Below are positions 8,529 through 22,289 of a stretch of DNA of 28,334 nucleotides, piece by piece. Position numbers and translations under genes: made by a program. The stretch is taken from positions 1-28,334 of the forward strand of contig CAVSBT010000041.1 of assembly GCA_963726245.1 (NCBI GenBank), written 5' to 3'. How positions within the stretch are numbered: position 1 is the stretch's first letter; the number at the start of each line of letters is the position of its first letter. Below the pieces are notes generated by a model. It was not told the DNA's origin and made no database searches. It saw nothing but the letters and a program-made list of their open reading frames with translations. The stretch comes from an uncultured Chloroflexia bacterium (GTDB lineage: Bacteria > Chloroflexota > Dehalococcoidia > DSTF01 > JALHUB01).

Positions 8529-9572
8529 TCACGCAAGATGCTCGCGGACTAACGAAGTGTTTGGCGAATGAACAATCCCGCGTTCCGTGATGATCGCCGT
8601 GATAAGTTCCGCAGGGGTCACATCGAAGGCAGGATTGTAGACGCTGGTATCGTCGGGGGCTGTTTGAGTTCCAAAACCGCAGGTGATTTCTGCTGTGGCT
8701 CGCTGTTCAATCGGAATGCCGCTGCCATCAGGGAGGCTCAGGTCAAACGTACTTGACGGTGCTGCCACGCAAAACGGTATTCCATGATATTTCGCGAGCA
8801 CGGCCACCCCGTACGTTCCGATCTTATTCGCCGCATCGCCATTGGCCGCAATTCGATCGGCACCGGTGATCACCATCTGAATGCGGCCTTCTTTCATCAC
8901 CTGAGCTGCCATGTTGTCGCAGATGAGTGTGACAGGAATATTGCGTTGCTGCAGTTCCCAGGTTGTCAGGCGAGCTCCCTGCAGCAGCGGGCGAGTTTCG
9001 TCGGCAAAGACGTGAATGTTCTTTCCGTCCGCGGCGGCCTGAAACATCACCGCCAGAGCGGTCCCGTCGCCTGCAGTTGCAAGTCCGCCTGCATTGCAGT
9101 GTGTCAGGATTGACATGCCCGATGTGATTAACGTGCTTCCATGCCGGCCTATTAACGAGCACATTGCCTGATCTTCCGTTTCAATGAGTCGCGCTTCTGT
9201 CAGCAGCCGATCATGGATTGCAGCAGCTGTGGATGCGTCACAGCTGGCAGCAACCGACTTCATGCGATTCAGCGCCCAGAAAAGATTCACCGCGGTGGGA
9301 CGACTGCCTGCGAGATACGCGGCTACTCGTTCCACTTCTGACAGGAATATTCCAAGGGCAGAATTTCGAAACGGCTGCAGTCCCGTCACCAGGCCATAGG
9401 CCGCAGCGACGCCAATCGCCGGCGCTCCACGAACTTTCAACACCTTAATCGCGTTCCAGACATCTTCCACAGAATCACAGATCATATTTTCGACATGCAG
9501 TGGAAGCCGAGTCTGATCAAGCAGATTGAGTTTGCCATCGGCGTCGCCCGTCCAGAATAGCGTCTTGTACAA
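8529..9572 (-). CDS. mtnA: S-methyl-5-thioribose-1-phosphate isomerase
   Basis: LLDQTRLP, VRGAPAIG, SRPTAVNL, LTHCNAGGLAT, ETRPLLQGARLT, GADRIAANGD.ANKIGTY and NPAFDVTP. TTG start. Confidence 0.96.
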   Translation of the reverse strand: MYKTLFWTGDADGKLNLLDQTRLPLHVENMICDSVEDVWNAIKVLKVRGAPAIGVAAAYGLVTGLQPFRNSALGIFLSEVERVAAYLAGSRPTAVNLFWALNRMKSVAASCDASTAAAIHDRLLTEARLIETEDQAMCSLIGRHGSTLITSGMSILTHCNAGGLATAGDGTALAVMFQAAADGKNIHVFADETRPLLQGARLTTWELQQRNIPVTLICDNMAAQVMKEGRIQMVITGADRIAANGDAANKIGTYGVAVLAKYHGIPFCVAAPSSTFDLSLPDGSGIPIEQRATAEITCGFGTQTAPDDTSVYNPAFDVTPAELITAIITERGIVHSPNTSLVREHLA

Positions 9573-9789
9573 GTTGTCGCCCCTTGAACTATGTCAAAAT
9601 AAGAAATCAAGCCATTGGATGTGTTTACAGTCTACTGCACACCGCGCGAACGTTGCAGCGACGTTCCCGTTAAACTCAACGGCTTGCAGAGATTCCTGGC
9701 AGCGTCATTTGAGACAGAAAACAGTGGCACCGATCCAGGTCTTTCGCCATCACACCGCATCCTCCTGAGCAAGGGTTCAATCATGAAGC

Positions 9790-9840
9790 AGTGAGGCGAG
9801 TGGCGGAAATGAATTTACCGGTACATTCGATGTGCCTGGG
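9790..9840. other. Probable junction between the Planctomycete-like and high-GC Chloroflexota-like segments (approximate position)
   Basis: GC rises sharply at about 9840 and the indel density changes. No att site or transposase nearby. Confidence 0.7.
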
Positions 9841-10279
9841 CTAATCATCTTTGCGCTCCCACAGCGACTGGTAGCTCTCGCCGCCGCGGATGGCGGTGAT
9901 AACCTCCGCCTTCTCTTCCTGCACCAGCTCCTGGAAGACGGCCTCCGCCTGCTCCTCGACCCGGAGTGGCCGCTGGCGGCAAGCCGGTCGATGATGCGCT
10001 GCCAGAGGCCGGCGACGCGGAAGGTCTCCACGTGGCGTGGCCAGGTGAAGGACATGATCTTTTCGGGCAATGGAAAGTGAGGGCGAAGCTGCTTCAGGCT
10101 GCGGAAGCGCTCCTCCACCGAGGAGGCCTTGGGCACCAGCTGAAGCAGGGGGCCTCCACCTCGTTGTGGCGGGCGTCCATCAGCAGGCGCTTCTCCAGGA
10201 TGGCGAAGCGGATCACCAACACCTCGGCGGTGTCGATGACCTCCCTCACCTCGTCCAAGTCCATCCCGAATTCGTCCAT
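9841..10279 (-). CDS. Hypothetical protein of about 145 aa (two frameshifts)
   Basis: Three frames join into one protein: MDEFGMDLDEV..RLLMDARHNEVE / VPKASSVEERFRSLKQLRP..LWQRIIDRL / VEEQAEAVFQELVQEEKAEV..YQSLWERKDD*. Strong GC3 bias. Confidence 0.7.
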
Positions 10280-10480
10280 GGCGTATCCGCTGCGGCTCAG
10301 CGCGGCGTCTAGTTCATTCTACCTGCGGCGCGAGGGCGGTCAACCAAGCAGCTCGAGTCCGCTCATGGGAGCCTCGCCTGAGGCAGGTCCGCCTCGGAGA
10401 TGTCGAACCTATTCTACCCGCTCGTCCAGCGCAGGTCAGGTCAACGGCTGGAGCTTGGCACCATGGAGCGTGCCACAGCG

Positions 10481-11077
10481 TCAGGAGTAGCGCTCCTGCT
10501 TCCAGGGGTCGCCGCGCATGTGGTAGCCGTGGGTCTCCCAGAAGCCGGGGCGGTCGCTCGTTCATGAAGTGGAGGCCGCGCACCCACTTGGCGCTCTTCC
10601 AGAAGTAGAGCTTGGGCACTACCAGGCGCAGGGGCCAGCCGTGGTCTGGCGTCAGGTCCTCGCCGTTGTGCTTGTAGGCGAAGAGGACGTCGTCGTCATC
10701 CGAGGTCGGCCAGGGGGATGTTGGTGGTGTAGCCGCCGTAGGAGTGAACCATCACGTAGCGGGCGTCGGGCTTGAGGCGAACGTGCTTCATCACCTCGCG
10801 GAAGGCCACGCCCTCCCAGGTGTTGTCCAGCTTGCTCCACCCGTAACGCAGTGGACATCGGCGGTGACGGTGGTCTTGGGGAGGGCCATGAACTCCTGCC
10901 AGGTGAAGGTCACCTCTTCCTCCACCTCGCCCCAGATGCGGAACTCCCACGTCTCGAGGTCGATGCGGGGCACGAGGCCGTAGGTGAGCACCGGCCAGCC
11001 GTCCACCACCCTCTGGCCTGGCGGCACGCGGCCGCCGGCTGCTCTGGACGCGATTCCTTCTTGGCACGAAAGACCAC
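10481..11077 (-). CDS. Sulfite oxidase-like molybdopterin-dependent oxidoreductase (YuiH-like), frameshifted
   Basis: [51 protein letters not shown] and [18 protein letters not shown], spread over several frames. Confidence 0.88.
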
Positions 11078-11119
11078 GGCCAACCCCCGCCTAGATTCTT
11101 GCACACGGTTGTCAAATTT

Positions 11120-11148
11120 AGGATACAGGGCGGGCTGCGAGGGGTCAA
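11120..11148 (-). promoter_or_regulatory. Putative sigma70 promoter for the sulfite-oxidase-like gene
   Basis: TTGACC-17 bp-TATCCT on the minus strand. Confidence 0.5.
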
Positions 11149-11150
11149 GC

Positions 11151-11674
11151 GCGATCGTCGTGCATGACCCTCAGACCGCGGCCATCCGCCACTTCCGGGA
11201 GCCTGCGGGGGCCAAGTGGATCTGGCGCTGCCACATCGATACGTCCGAACCGAATGAGGCCGTCCTCGAGTTCATGTTGCCGTTCCTGGCCGAGTACGAC
11301 GCTCTGGTGTTCACCATGGAGAGCTTCGTGCCACGCCGCGCTGAAGCACCGACGCGTGGTCGACGCATGACCCCGGCAATCGACCCCCTGAGCCCGAAGA
11401 ACATGGGGCTTCCCCACGCTATATGCCAGGAGATCCTGCGCCTGGCGAGGCATAGACCCGCGGCGGCCCCTCGTGAGCCAGGTGTCCCGCTTCGACCCCT
11501 GGAAGGACCCTCTGGGCGTGATCGAGGTGTACCGGTTGGTGCGCGCAGGAGGTGCCGGGTCTCCAGCTTGCCCTCATCGCGTCCATGGCCTCCGATGACC
11601 CCGAGGTCTCGGAGATGTACGGCAAGATCGTCGCCGAGGCGAGGGGCGACGATGACATCCACGAATCGCCCTGA
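11151..11674 (+). pseudogene. Internal fragment of a TreT-like trehalose synthase glycosyltransferase (GT4)
   Basis: [40 protein letters not shown] and MASDDPE are present. There is no N-terminus and no C-terminal EGFGL region. Confidence 0.75.
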
Positions 11675-11709
11675 ACCGCGCGACTGCGACCTGCTATCAT
11701 AGGGCAGGT

Positions 11710-12230
11710 ATGCAGCTCCCACAGACCAAGCCCTCCGGCGGCCGCGTCCTGAGCCTGCGGCGGCGCGACCTGCTGTTCCTCTCGCTGGCGGCGGCGGTCA
11801 TCGCCCTCGACCAGCTCACCAAGCACCTGGTGCGCGCCTACATCGACCCGGGCGAGACCTTCCCCGAGGGCTGGCCGGTGCGCCTGGTGAACGTCAGCCA
11901 ACACCGGCGCCGCCTTCGGCATCCTCCAGAACCAGGGCGCCTTCCTGGTCATCACCAGCCTCATCGGCGTCGTGGCCATCCTGCTGTACTACCTCTACCC
12001 GCCCTTCGAGCACTGGCCGATGACGGCCGCCCTGGCCCTGATGCTGGGCGGCGCCATCGGCAACCTGTCCGACCGCATTCGCCTGGGCGAGGTCACCGAC
12101 TTCATCGACTTCCCCCACTACCCGGCCTTCAACGTGGCCGATTCCTCCATCGTGGTGGGAGTGGCCGTGCTGGCCGGCCTGCTGGCGCTCGGTCTGCCGC
12201 AGCGGACTCCGCCCGAGGGCAGAGCCGTGA
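11710..12230 (+). CDS. lspA: Lipoprotein signal peptidase II (frameshifted)
   Basis: DQLTK, NTGAAFG, GGAIGNLSDR, VTDFID and FNVAD. Frameshift near 11898. Confidence 0.93.
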
Positions 12231-13169
12231 GCGCAGACCGTCGAGCTGTTCGCCGACCACGCCGGCGAGCGCCTGGACGCCTTCCTGGCCCGCCGCCTGG
12301 GCGAGCGGCTGTCGCGCTCTCACGCCCACAAGCTCATCGCCGACGGCCTGGTGACCGTCAACGGCGCGCCCGCCAAGGCCTCGCACCGCCTGGCGCGCGG
12401 CGACCACGTCGTGGCCATTCGTGCCGCCGCCGGAGGCGCCGGCGCTGGTGGCCGAGGCCATCCCCCTGCGCATCGTCTACCAGGACGAGGACGTGATCGT
12501 GGTGGACAAGCCGCCGGGCCTCACGGTCCACCCGGCGGCCGGCCACCCGCGCGGGCACGCTGGTCAACGCCCTGCTCGCCCTCTGCCCGGAGCTGGCGGA
12601 GATCAAGGGGACGCTGCGGCCGGGCATCGTCCACCGGCTGGACAAGGACACCTCCGGCCTGCTGGTCGGTGGCCAAGAACGAGGCGGCGCAGGCCAGCCT
12701 GGCCCGCCAGCTCAAGGACCGCGAGGTGCACAAGGTCTACCTGGCGCTGGTGCAGGGACGAGTGGAGCCGCCGGAGGGCGTCATCGATGCGCCCATCGGC
12801 CGGCACCCGCGCCGGCGCCAGCGGATGGCGGTGGTCGAGGGCGGCCGCGCGGCGCTCACCCGCTATCGGGTGCGCGAGTACCTGCGCGCGACGCCTACTC
12901 GCTGGTGGAGGCGGAGCCGCTCACCGGCCGCACGCACCAGATCCGGGTGCACTTCGCCAGCATCGGCCATCCGGTGGTGGGCGACAGGCTGTACGGCAAG
13001 GCGTCGGCGCTGGTGGGGCGGCAGTTCCTCCACGCCTGGCGGCTGGGCTTTCGCCTGCCCAAGGGCGGCCGCTACCAGCGAGTTCGAGTCGCCGCTGCCG
13101 GCGGACCTGGAGGCGGCGCTGGAGGCGCTGCGGCGGGCGACGGACAGGGGCAAGACGTTCCATTGCTGA
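12227..13169 (+). CDS. rluD: RluA/RluD-family 23S rRNA pseudouridine synthase with S4 domain (frameshifted)
   Basis: RLDAFL..SRS S4 domain, [50 protein letters not shown] and QFLHA. Follows lspA as is usual. Confidence 0.9.
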
Positions 13170-13185
13170 GCCGTGCGGCCAGCCC

Positions 13186-16718
<3,533 letters not shown>

Positions 16719-16735
16719 TAAGGCAGGCCAGGTTT

Positions 16736-16809
16736 TGGGGGATCGTCTAACGGTAGGACAGCGGACTCTGGATCCGTATGTGGGGGTTCGAATCCTCCTC
16801 CCCCAGCCA
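16736..16809 (+). tRNA. tRNA-Gln (anticodon CTG)
   Basis: Acceptor TGGGGGA/TCCCCCA, anticodon arm GCGGA-CTCTGGA-TCCGT, GTTCGAATC T-loop, encoded CCA. Confidence 0.95.
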
Positions 16810-16820
16810 ACGGAAGGCGG

Positions 16821-16897
16821 GGCGCATTCGTCTAGCGGCCTAGGACACCGCCCTCTCAAGGCGGAGATCGAGGGTTCGAATCCCTCATGCGCTACCA
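16821..16897 (+). tRNA. tRNA-Glu (anticodon CTC)
   Basis: Acceptor GGCGCAT/ATGCGCT, anticodon arm CCGCC-CTCTCAA-GGCGG, GTTCGAATC T-loop, encoded CCA. Confidence 0.95.
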
Positions 16898-16906
16898 ATG
16901 AAGCCA

Positions 16907-16943
16907 AGGAGCCCGGCGCTGCCCCCAGGGCCGCCGGGCTCCT
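16907..16943 (+). terminator. Terminator-like hairpin after the tRNA pair
   Basis: 12-bp inverted repeat AGGAGCCCGGCG/CGCCGGGCTCCT. No clear U-tract. Confidence 0.5.
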
Positions 16944-16965
16944 CGCTCCCAGCCGGGAGGGCGCC

Positions 16966-18652
16966 ATGATGGAGATGACCGGCAAGCAGGCCCTGCTGGA
17001 GCAGCTCGTCGCCGAGGGCGTCCAGTACGTCTTCGGCAACCCCGGCACCACCGAGCAGCCGTTCATGGACCTCCTCCAGGACTACCCCCAGCTTCAGTAC
17101 GTCCTCGCCCTCCAGGAGGCGGTGGCCCTGGGCATGGCCGACGGCTACGCCTGGGCCTCGGGCCGGCCGGCCTTCGTCCAGCTACACATCGCCCCCGGCC
17201 TGGGGAACGCCATGGGCCTGCTCTACAACGCCCGCCGCACCGGCACGCCGCTCGGTCGTCTACGCCGGCCAGCACACGCCCACCGGCGTCGTGCAGGAGG
17301 CGATGCTGGCCGCCGATCTGGTGCGCATCGCCGAGCCGCTGACCAAGTGGGCGGTGGAGGTGCACGACGCCGCCGACATCCCGACCGTCCTGCGGCGGGC
17401 GTTCAAGGTGGCCGCTGACCCGCCGCGAGGGCCGGTCTTCATCTCCATCCCGACCAACGTCATGGACGAGACGGCGGAGATGGTCATCGCTCCCGCGACG
17501 CGCACCTGCTGGCGGGCCCGGCCCGAGCCCGACGCTATCCAGGAGGCGGCGGCCATCCTGGCGGGCGCCCGCTCGCCGCTCATCGTCTGCGGCGACGGCG
17601 TGGCCACCTCCGGCGCCGTCCCCGAGGCCGTCCAGCTCGCCGAGATGCTGGGGGCGACGGTGTTCAGCTCCTTCGCCGCGCAGCTCACCTTCCCCTTCGA
17701 CCACCCGCTCTATCAGGGCCTGCTGAACCTGCTCAGCGCCGGCGGCCTGCGCAGCCAGCTGGCCCAGGCCGACGTCGTTCTCATCGTCGGGAAGCTCGGC
17801 CTTCCCCCTTCTCTTCGCCCTACCCGAATCGCCCTTCGCCGCCGAGACCAAAGTCATCCAGATGGACATGAGCCCGTGGGAGCTGGCCAAGAACTGGCCA
17901 GCCACCCTGGCCATGGTCGCCGACCCGCAGATGGGCCTGCGCGACCTGCTGGCCCTTCTGCCCGAGAAGCTGTCGCCGGCGGCCCGCCGCGCGGCCGAGG
18001 CCCGCCTCCAGGCCGCCGGCGAGCAGCGGGCACGCGTGGACGAGTCTCTGGAATCCCTGGCGAAGCCAAATCGCGATGCCGTGCCCATCGCCGTGCCCTG
18101 CCTGATGAAAGTGCTGGCCGATTGCCTGGAGCCCGGACACCATCGTCTACGACGAAGTCGGTCACCGACTCGGCCTACCTTCCCCGCTACCTCAAGCTCC
18201 ACCAGCCGGGGAACTACTTCCGTGCCGTCGGCGGCGGACTGGGCTCCGGCCTGCCGGGCACCCTGGGCGTCAAGCTCGCGCGACCGGAGAGCCGGGTGGT
18301 CGGCGTCATCGGCGACGGCGCTGCCCTGTATACCATCCAGGCCCTGTGGACGGCGGCCCACCACCGCATCCCCGTCACTTATCGTCATCTGCAACAACGC
18401 CAGCTATCGAATCCTCAAGATCAACATGCTCCATTACCTGGGCGAGGCCGCCGCCCGCCGCCGGTTCATCGCCATGGACTTGACGAACCCCCTGCTGGAC
18501 TTCGCCCGCATCGCCGAGGCCTTCGGCGTGCGCGGCCAGCGGGTGGAGCACCCCGACGAGCTCGCGCCCGCGCTGCGCGCCGCCCTCAGCCGCCGACGAG
18601 CCCTCGCTGGTGGACGTGGTGGTGGAGGGAGCGATGGGCGGGATATGCGTAG
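16966..18652 (+). CDS. Thiamine pyrophosphate-dependent enzyme, benzoylformate decarboxylase-like (frameshifted; 3' end approximate)
   Basis: VFGNPGTTE, LALQEAVALGMADGYA, LHIAPGLGNAMG, PRGPVFISIP and the TPP motif GDGAALY...VICNNASY. Confidence 0.88.
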
Positions 18653-18817
18653 CCACCCGTAGGCCCGCCATGCGCCTCGCAGCGCGCTTAACGGAGGCCT
18701 TCAGACCCGCCAATCCGTTGAACACCAGCTGTCTCCATCTTTCAATCGGATGAGGCCGATTCACAGCCCACGTTTTGTCTCGGCCGGCTTCGTACGTCTT
18801 ATACTTAGAGCGTACCA

Positions 18818-19021
18818 ATGGACGAAGACCAGAAGAGGGAGTATATCGCCGCCTACCAGGCGTGGCAGGAGCAATTGCAGGCCCTCCATCGCGTGGTGCT
18901 GGAGGGCCAGCGCATCGACCCGCCCCGCCTGAAAGGCCTGCTCAACCGGGAGATCCGGGCGAAGGAGAAGTACGAGGAGGCGCGACGGCGCTTGCTGGGG
19001 CTGGGGACTGACGAAGAGTAG
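18818..19021 (+). CDS. Small helical hypothetical protein (67 aa)
   Basis: Intact ORF with host-like GC3 bias. TATACT lies 12 nt upstream and a hairpin lies right after the stop. Confidence 0.7.
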   Translation: MDEDQKREYIAAYQAWQEQLQALHRVVLEGQRIDPPRLKGLLNREIRAKEKYEEARRRLLGLGTDEE

Positions 19022-19030
19022 GCCGTTGGA

Positions 19031-19065
19031 GGCCGCTCGCCCTTCGACAGGCTCAGGGCGAGCGG
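19031..19065 (-). repeat. REP-like hairpin, family A
   Basis: CCGCTCGCCCT-TCGACAGGCTC-AGGGCGAGCGG. Its reverse complement matches 16617-16651 with 2 mismatches. Confidence 0.8.
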
Positions 19066-19147
19066 TCTTCGCCCCGGCGTATCCGAGCGCAACGCCCGCG
19101 TTATGGTAGTTGACCGGCTCCCGCCTCAGGCGGGGGCCAGCGCGGGT

Positions 19148-19781
19148 ATGAGTGTGCAAGCGCTGTCGGCACTAGTCCTCGGGGGGAGCATTCGGACGAC
19201 CGCCGCACGAGCACGCCTACCAGAGCGCCCAGGTCCGGCAGGAGGAGGAGCTGGTCCGCAGGGCCCAGCAGTTCGACCAGGAGGCCCTGAGCTGGCTGTA
19301 TCAGCTCTTCTACCCGAAGCTCTACAACTACGGCTACCTCCAGCTGGGCGACGCCCAGCTGGCCGAGGACCTGGCCTCGGAGGTGCTCCTGCGCGTCCTG
19401 GAGTCCCTCCACGAGTACCGCTTCCGCGGCCTGCCGGTGGCCGCCTGGGTGTTCCGCATCGCCCGCAACTACGTCATCGACCTGCACCGCCGTCGCCAGC
19501 GGCGGCCGCAGGTCCCGCTGTTCGACGGCATCCCTGACGCCGACGACAACCCCCACGCCCTCGCCGAGCGGGCCCTCGCCCAGAGGGAGCTCTACCTGGC
19601 CATGCGCCACCTCACCGAGGAGCAGCGCCAGGTGATCATCCTCAAGTTCATCGAGGGCATGGACAACGCCTCGGTGGCCCGCGTCCTGGGCCGGAGCGAG
19701 GGCGCAGTCAAGTCGCTCCAGCACCGAGCGCTGGTAGCGCTGCGCAAGATGCTTTCGCCGGAGGGGACGGAGGAAAGCTAA
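19148..19781 (+). CDS. ECF-family RNA polymerase sigma factor (frameshift near the N-terminus)
   Basis: LVRRAQQFDQEAL..LY, AEDLASEV, WVFRIARNYVID (region 2); LTEEQRQVIILKF..ASVARVLGRSEGAVKSLQHRAL (region 4). Confidence 0.9.
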
Positions 19782-21610
19782 GTGAGGCAGCGTCAGTTCG
19801 AGTCCATCCTGGACGAATGCCTAAAGGCCGTGGGCCGAGGCGAAAGCCTCGGATGCGGTCCTGGGGCGCCATCCCGCAGTGGGCCGACGAGCTGCGCCCG
19901 CTCCTGGCCACCGCCCAGCGGGTGACGCCGGCGCCCGTGGCCAAGCCGCGACTGGTCGCCCAGCAGGCCGGCTGGCAGCGGTTCATGGGCCAGGCCGTCG
20001 CCCTGCGGCGGGCCCGCCAGCGCCCGGCTTTCGCCCTTTGGCGGCCGCTGGCGGCCGCCGCGTCTCTCGTGCTTGTCCTCTCCTTCGCCGGCGGCGCCAC
20101 CGTCTACGCGGCCTCGCGCAGCATGCCCGACGACCGCCTCTACGCCGCTCAAGCTGGCCACGGAAGAGGCGCGCCTCTGGTTCGCCTTTGATGAGGTGAC
20201 CGGGCGGACGTCCTGCTGAACCAGGCGGACACCCGCCTGACGGAGATCGGCAACCAGGTGGAGGAGGGCCAGCCGGTAGGCGACAACGTCCTGGCCGCCA
20301 TGCGCCACCGCATGGACCGCGCCGCCGACATCATCGACAAGCCGGACGCTCCCGCCGACCTTGTGGCGCGGGCCAGCGAGCTTTCCGCCCGCCAGGAGGA
20401 ACTGCTCATCTCCATCCAGGGGCAGGTCTCGTTCAAGGCCGCGCCCGAATACGGCCGGACGCTGGCCGTGGTCCACGACGTGCGCCTCGTCCCTGCGCAG
20501 CGAGCCCTCGGCGCCGTCCGATCCGCTGGTGCTGGCGGACGGCGTCGGGCAGGTGATAGGCCGGGTGGAACAGAGCGAAAGCGGCTCCTGGACGGTGGGA
20601 GGCGTGCCGGTGCTGGTGGACCGCAGCACTATCGTAGAGGGCGAGGCCGGCAGCCTCGTGGGGAAAGTGGCCAGCGTCGCCGTCGTGCGCGAGGCGCGAC
20701 GAGGGCCTCCACGCCCTGACGGTATCCCTCCAGAGCCAGGGTGACGTCGCCGGTGGGATGCGCATCAGCGGCGTGGTGGACGAGGTGCAGGGCAACCGCA
20801 TCCGCGTCGGGAGACCGCATCGTCACCATCGACAAGCACACCATCAAGGACGGCCAGCTTCGCGAGCGGCTCGCAGGTGGAGATCATCGGCGAGAACGCC
20901 GGCAAGGTCTTCGCGGCCAGCTTCATCCACGTCGCGAAGCCCAACGACGCCGAGGACAGCTTCGCCTACGAAGGCAAGGTGGAGCAGGTGAACCCCGACG
21001 AGCTGGACGGTGGGCGGCCTCACCTTCGAGGTGAGCCCCTCGACGCCCGTGGACGCCGGCGCTCTCTTCATGGAGGCGGGCGCCCGCGCCCGGGTACAGG
21101 CGGCCCGCCAGGGCAGCGAGCTTGTGGCCCAGCGCATCACCCTCCTCACCTCCGAGGACGCGAGGACACGGTGGCGGTGGAAGGCGTGTTCCAGGGCGCC
21201 TGGCAACGGCCACTGGCTGGTCGGTGGACTGGAGGTGGACGTCAAATCGTCGGCAGTCCAGCTCGGGACCACGGACACGCTGGTGCGCGCGGTGGGCAAG
21301 CCGTGCCAGGACGGCACGGTCGTCGCCGTCCGAAGCGTGGAGCCGCTGGTTGCCGGCGGCGAGACCGGCCTGGTGCGGGTGGAGGGCGTGATGACCCGCC
21401 TGGGCCAGGATGCCTGGCTCGTCGGGCCGGCGCGCGTCCAGATCACGGACGACACCAAGATCGACGGGAACTTATCGCCGGAGCCCGCGCCCTGGTCTGG
21501 GGCCGCCCCGGCCTGAGCGACTCGCTGGAGGCGGTGACGTGGACGTGCTGGACACGCAGTCCCTGTTCGTCCCGCTGGCCGCCCAGCAGAGCGGCTCGCT
21601 GGCCTACTAA
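19782..21610 (+). CDS. Putative anti-sigma factor: N-terminal domain, TM helix, DUF5667-like region and DUF5666-like repeats (many frameshifts)
   Basis: Starts 1 nt after the sigma stop. ILDECL..P..ADELRPLL N-terminus, TM helix, SMPDDRLY.LKLATEEARL, then repeated G.VE...W.VGG..V.V..T units. Confidence 0.7.
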
Positions 21611-21640
21611 GGAGCGCAACGGCCGGACCCAGGGTCCGGC

Positions 21641-21793
21641 CGCCCGCCCTGAGGCTGTCGAACGACGAGCGAGGGGCCGCTCGTGGTGAGCCCGTCGAAC
21701 CACGAGCGGTTGAAGGCGCTCACCACGAGCGGTTGGATCCCGGCCCTCTGTCATGCTGAGCGGAGCGAAGCATCTCGGGTGGAGACCCTTCGC
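21641..21793. repeat. Cluster of REP-like hairpins (families A and B)
   Basis: Family A: degenerate copy 21641-21671, full copy CCGCTCGTGGT-GAGCCCGTCGA-ACCACGAGCGG at 21677-21709, inverted 15-mer at 21718-21732. Family B: TGTCATGCTGAGCGGAGCGAAGCATCT at 21749-21775, partial inverted copy at 21783-21793. Confidence 0.75.
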
Positions 21794-21897
21794 CTGCCTG
21801 CCTCATGTCCTGAAACACTGGTGACCTCCCTCGCCAGTTGCGGTAAAATAAGAAAAGGCAGTACAAATCCGCAAACTCCGGCGCGGGAGGCAAGAAC

Positions 21898-22194
21898 GTG
21901 GTCAACGAAGAGATCATCCGCGAGTCGCTTAAGGGTATCCTGGACCCGGAGCTGGGCCTGAACATCGTCGACCTGGGCCTGGTCTACGACATCAACATCC
22001 ACGACGGCGACGTCCGCGTCGCTTACACGTTGACCGCCATGGGTTGCCCCATCGGGCCCATGATCAGCGAGCAGATCGAAGAGACGGTGATGGCCCTGCC
22101 CGGGGTGAAGAACGTGGTCGCCGATTTGACCTTCAGCCCGCCGTGGGACCCCTCGAGGATGAGCGACGAGCTCCGCGAGGAGCTAGGGTTCTAG
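21898..22194 (+). CDS. DUF59/SufT-like metal-sulfur cluster assembly factor
   Basis: ILDPELGLNIVDLGLVYDI, TLTAMGCP and LTFSPPWDPSRMS. Intact ORF with GGAGG SD. Confidence 0.92.
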   Translation: MVNEEIIRESLKGILDPELGLNIVDLGLVYDINIHDGDVRVAYTLTAMGCPIGPMISEQIEETVMALPGVKNVVADLTFSPPWDPSRMSDELREELGF

Positions 22195-22215
22195 CAGTCG
22201 CTCTCAGCCCCGCGG

Positions 22216-22280
22216 AGATTCTTCATTCCGTTCAGAGTGACGGGAGCCGTCGGCGTCACCCTGAGCGTAGCGAAGGGTCT
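22216..22280. repeat. Divergent pair of family B REP-like hairpins between convergent genes
   Basis: Reverse complement GTCACTCTGAACGGAATGAAGAATCT at 22216-22241 and GTCACCCTGAGCGTAGCGAAGGGTCT at 22255-22280. Confidence 0.75.
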
Positions 22281-22289
22281 GGCGTTCGC

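Noticed and set aside
2747-11077. Functional link between the pterin enzymes at 62-5278, mtnA and the sulfite-oxidase-like gene as one sulfur pathway
   Set aside because: They lie in three segments that appear to come from different organisms.
11145-11675. Imperfect inverted repeat (GCGATCGT / ACGAATCGC) at the ends of the TreT fragment, read as transposon ends
   Set aside because: Too short, needs an indel, has no target duplication, and is expected by chance in high-GC DNA.
17063-18397. 444-aa minus-strand ORF and similar long antisense ORFs (24276-25451, 25124-26146, 19101-19724)
   Set aside because: These are shadows of well-supported genes on the opposite strand, which is common in high-GC DNA.
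18375-18818. 147-aa minus-strand ORF covering the lower-GC gap at 18690-18810
   Set aside because: It overlaps the TPP gene and the putative promoter of the 18818 gene, and shows no domain signal.
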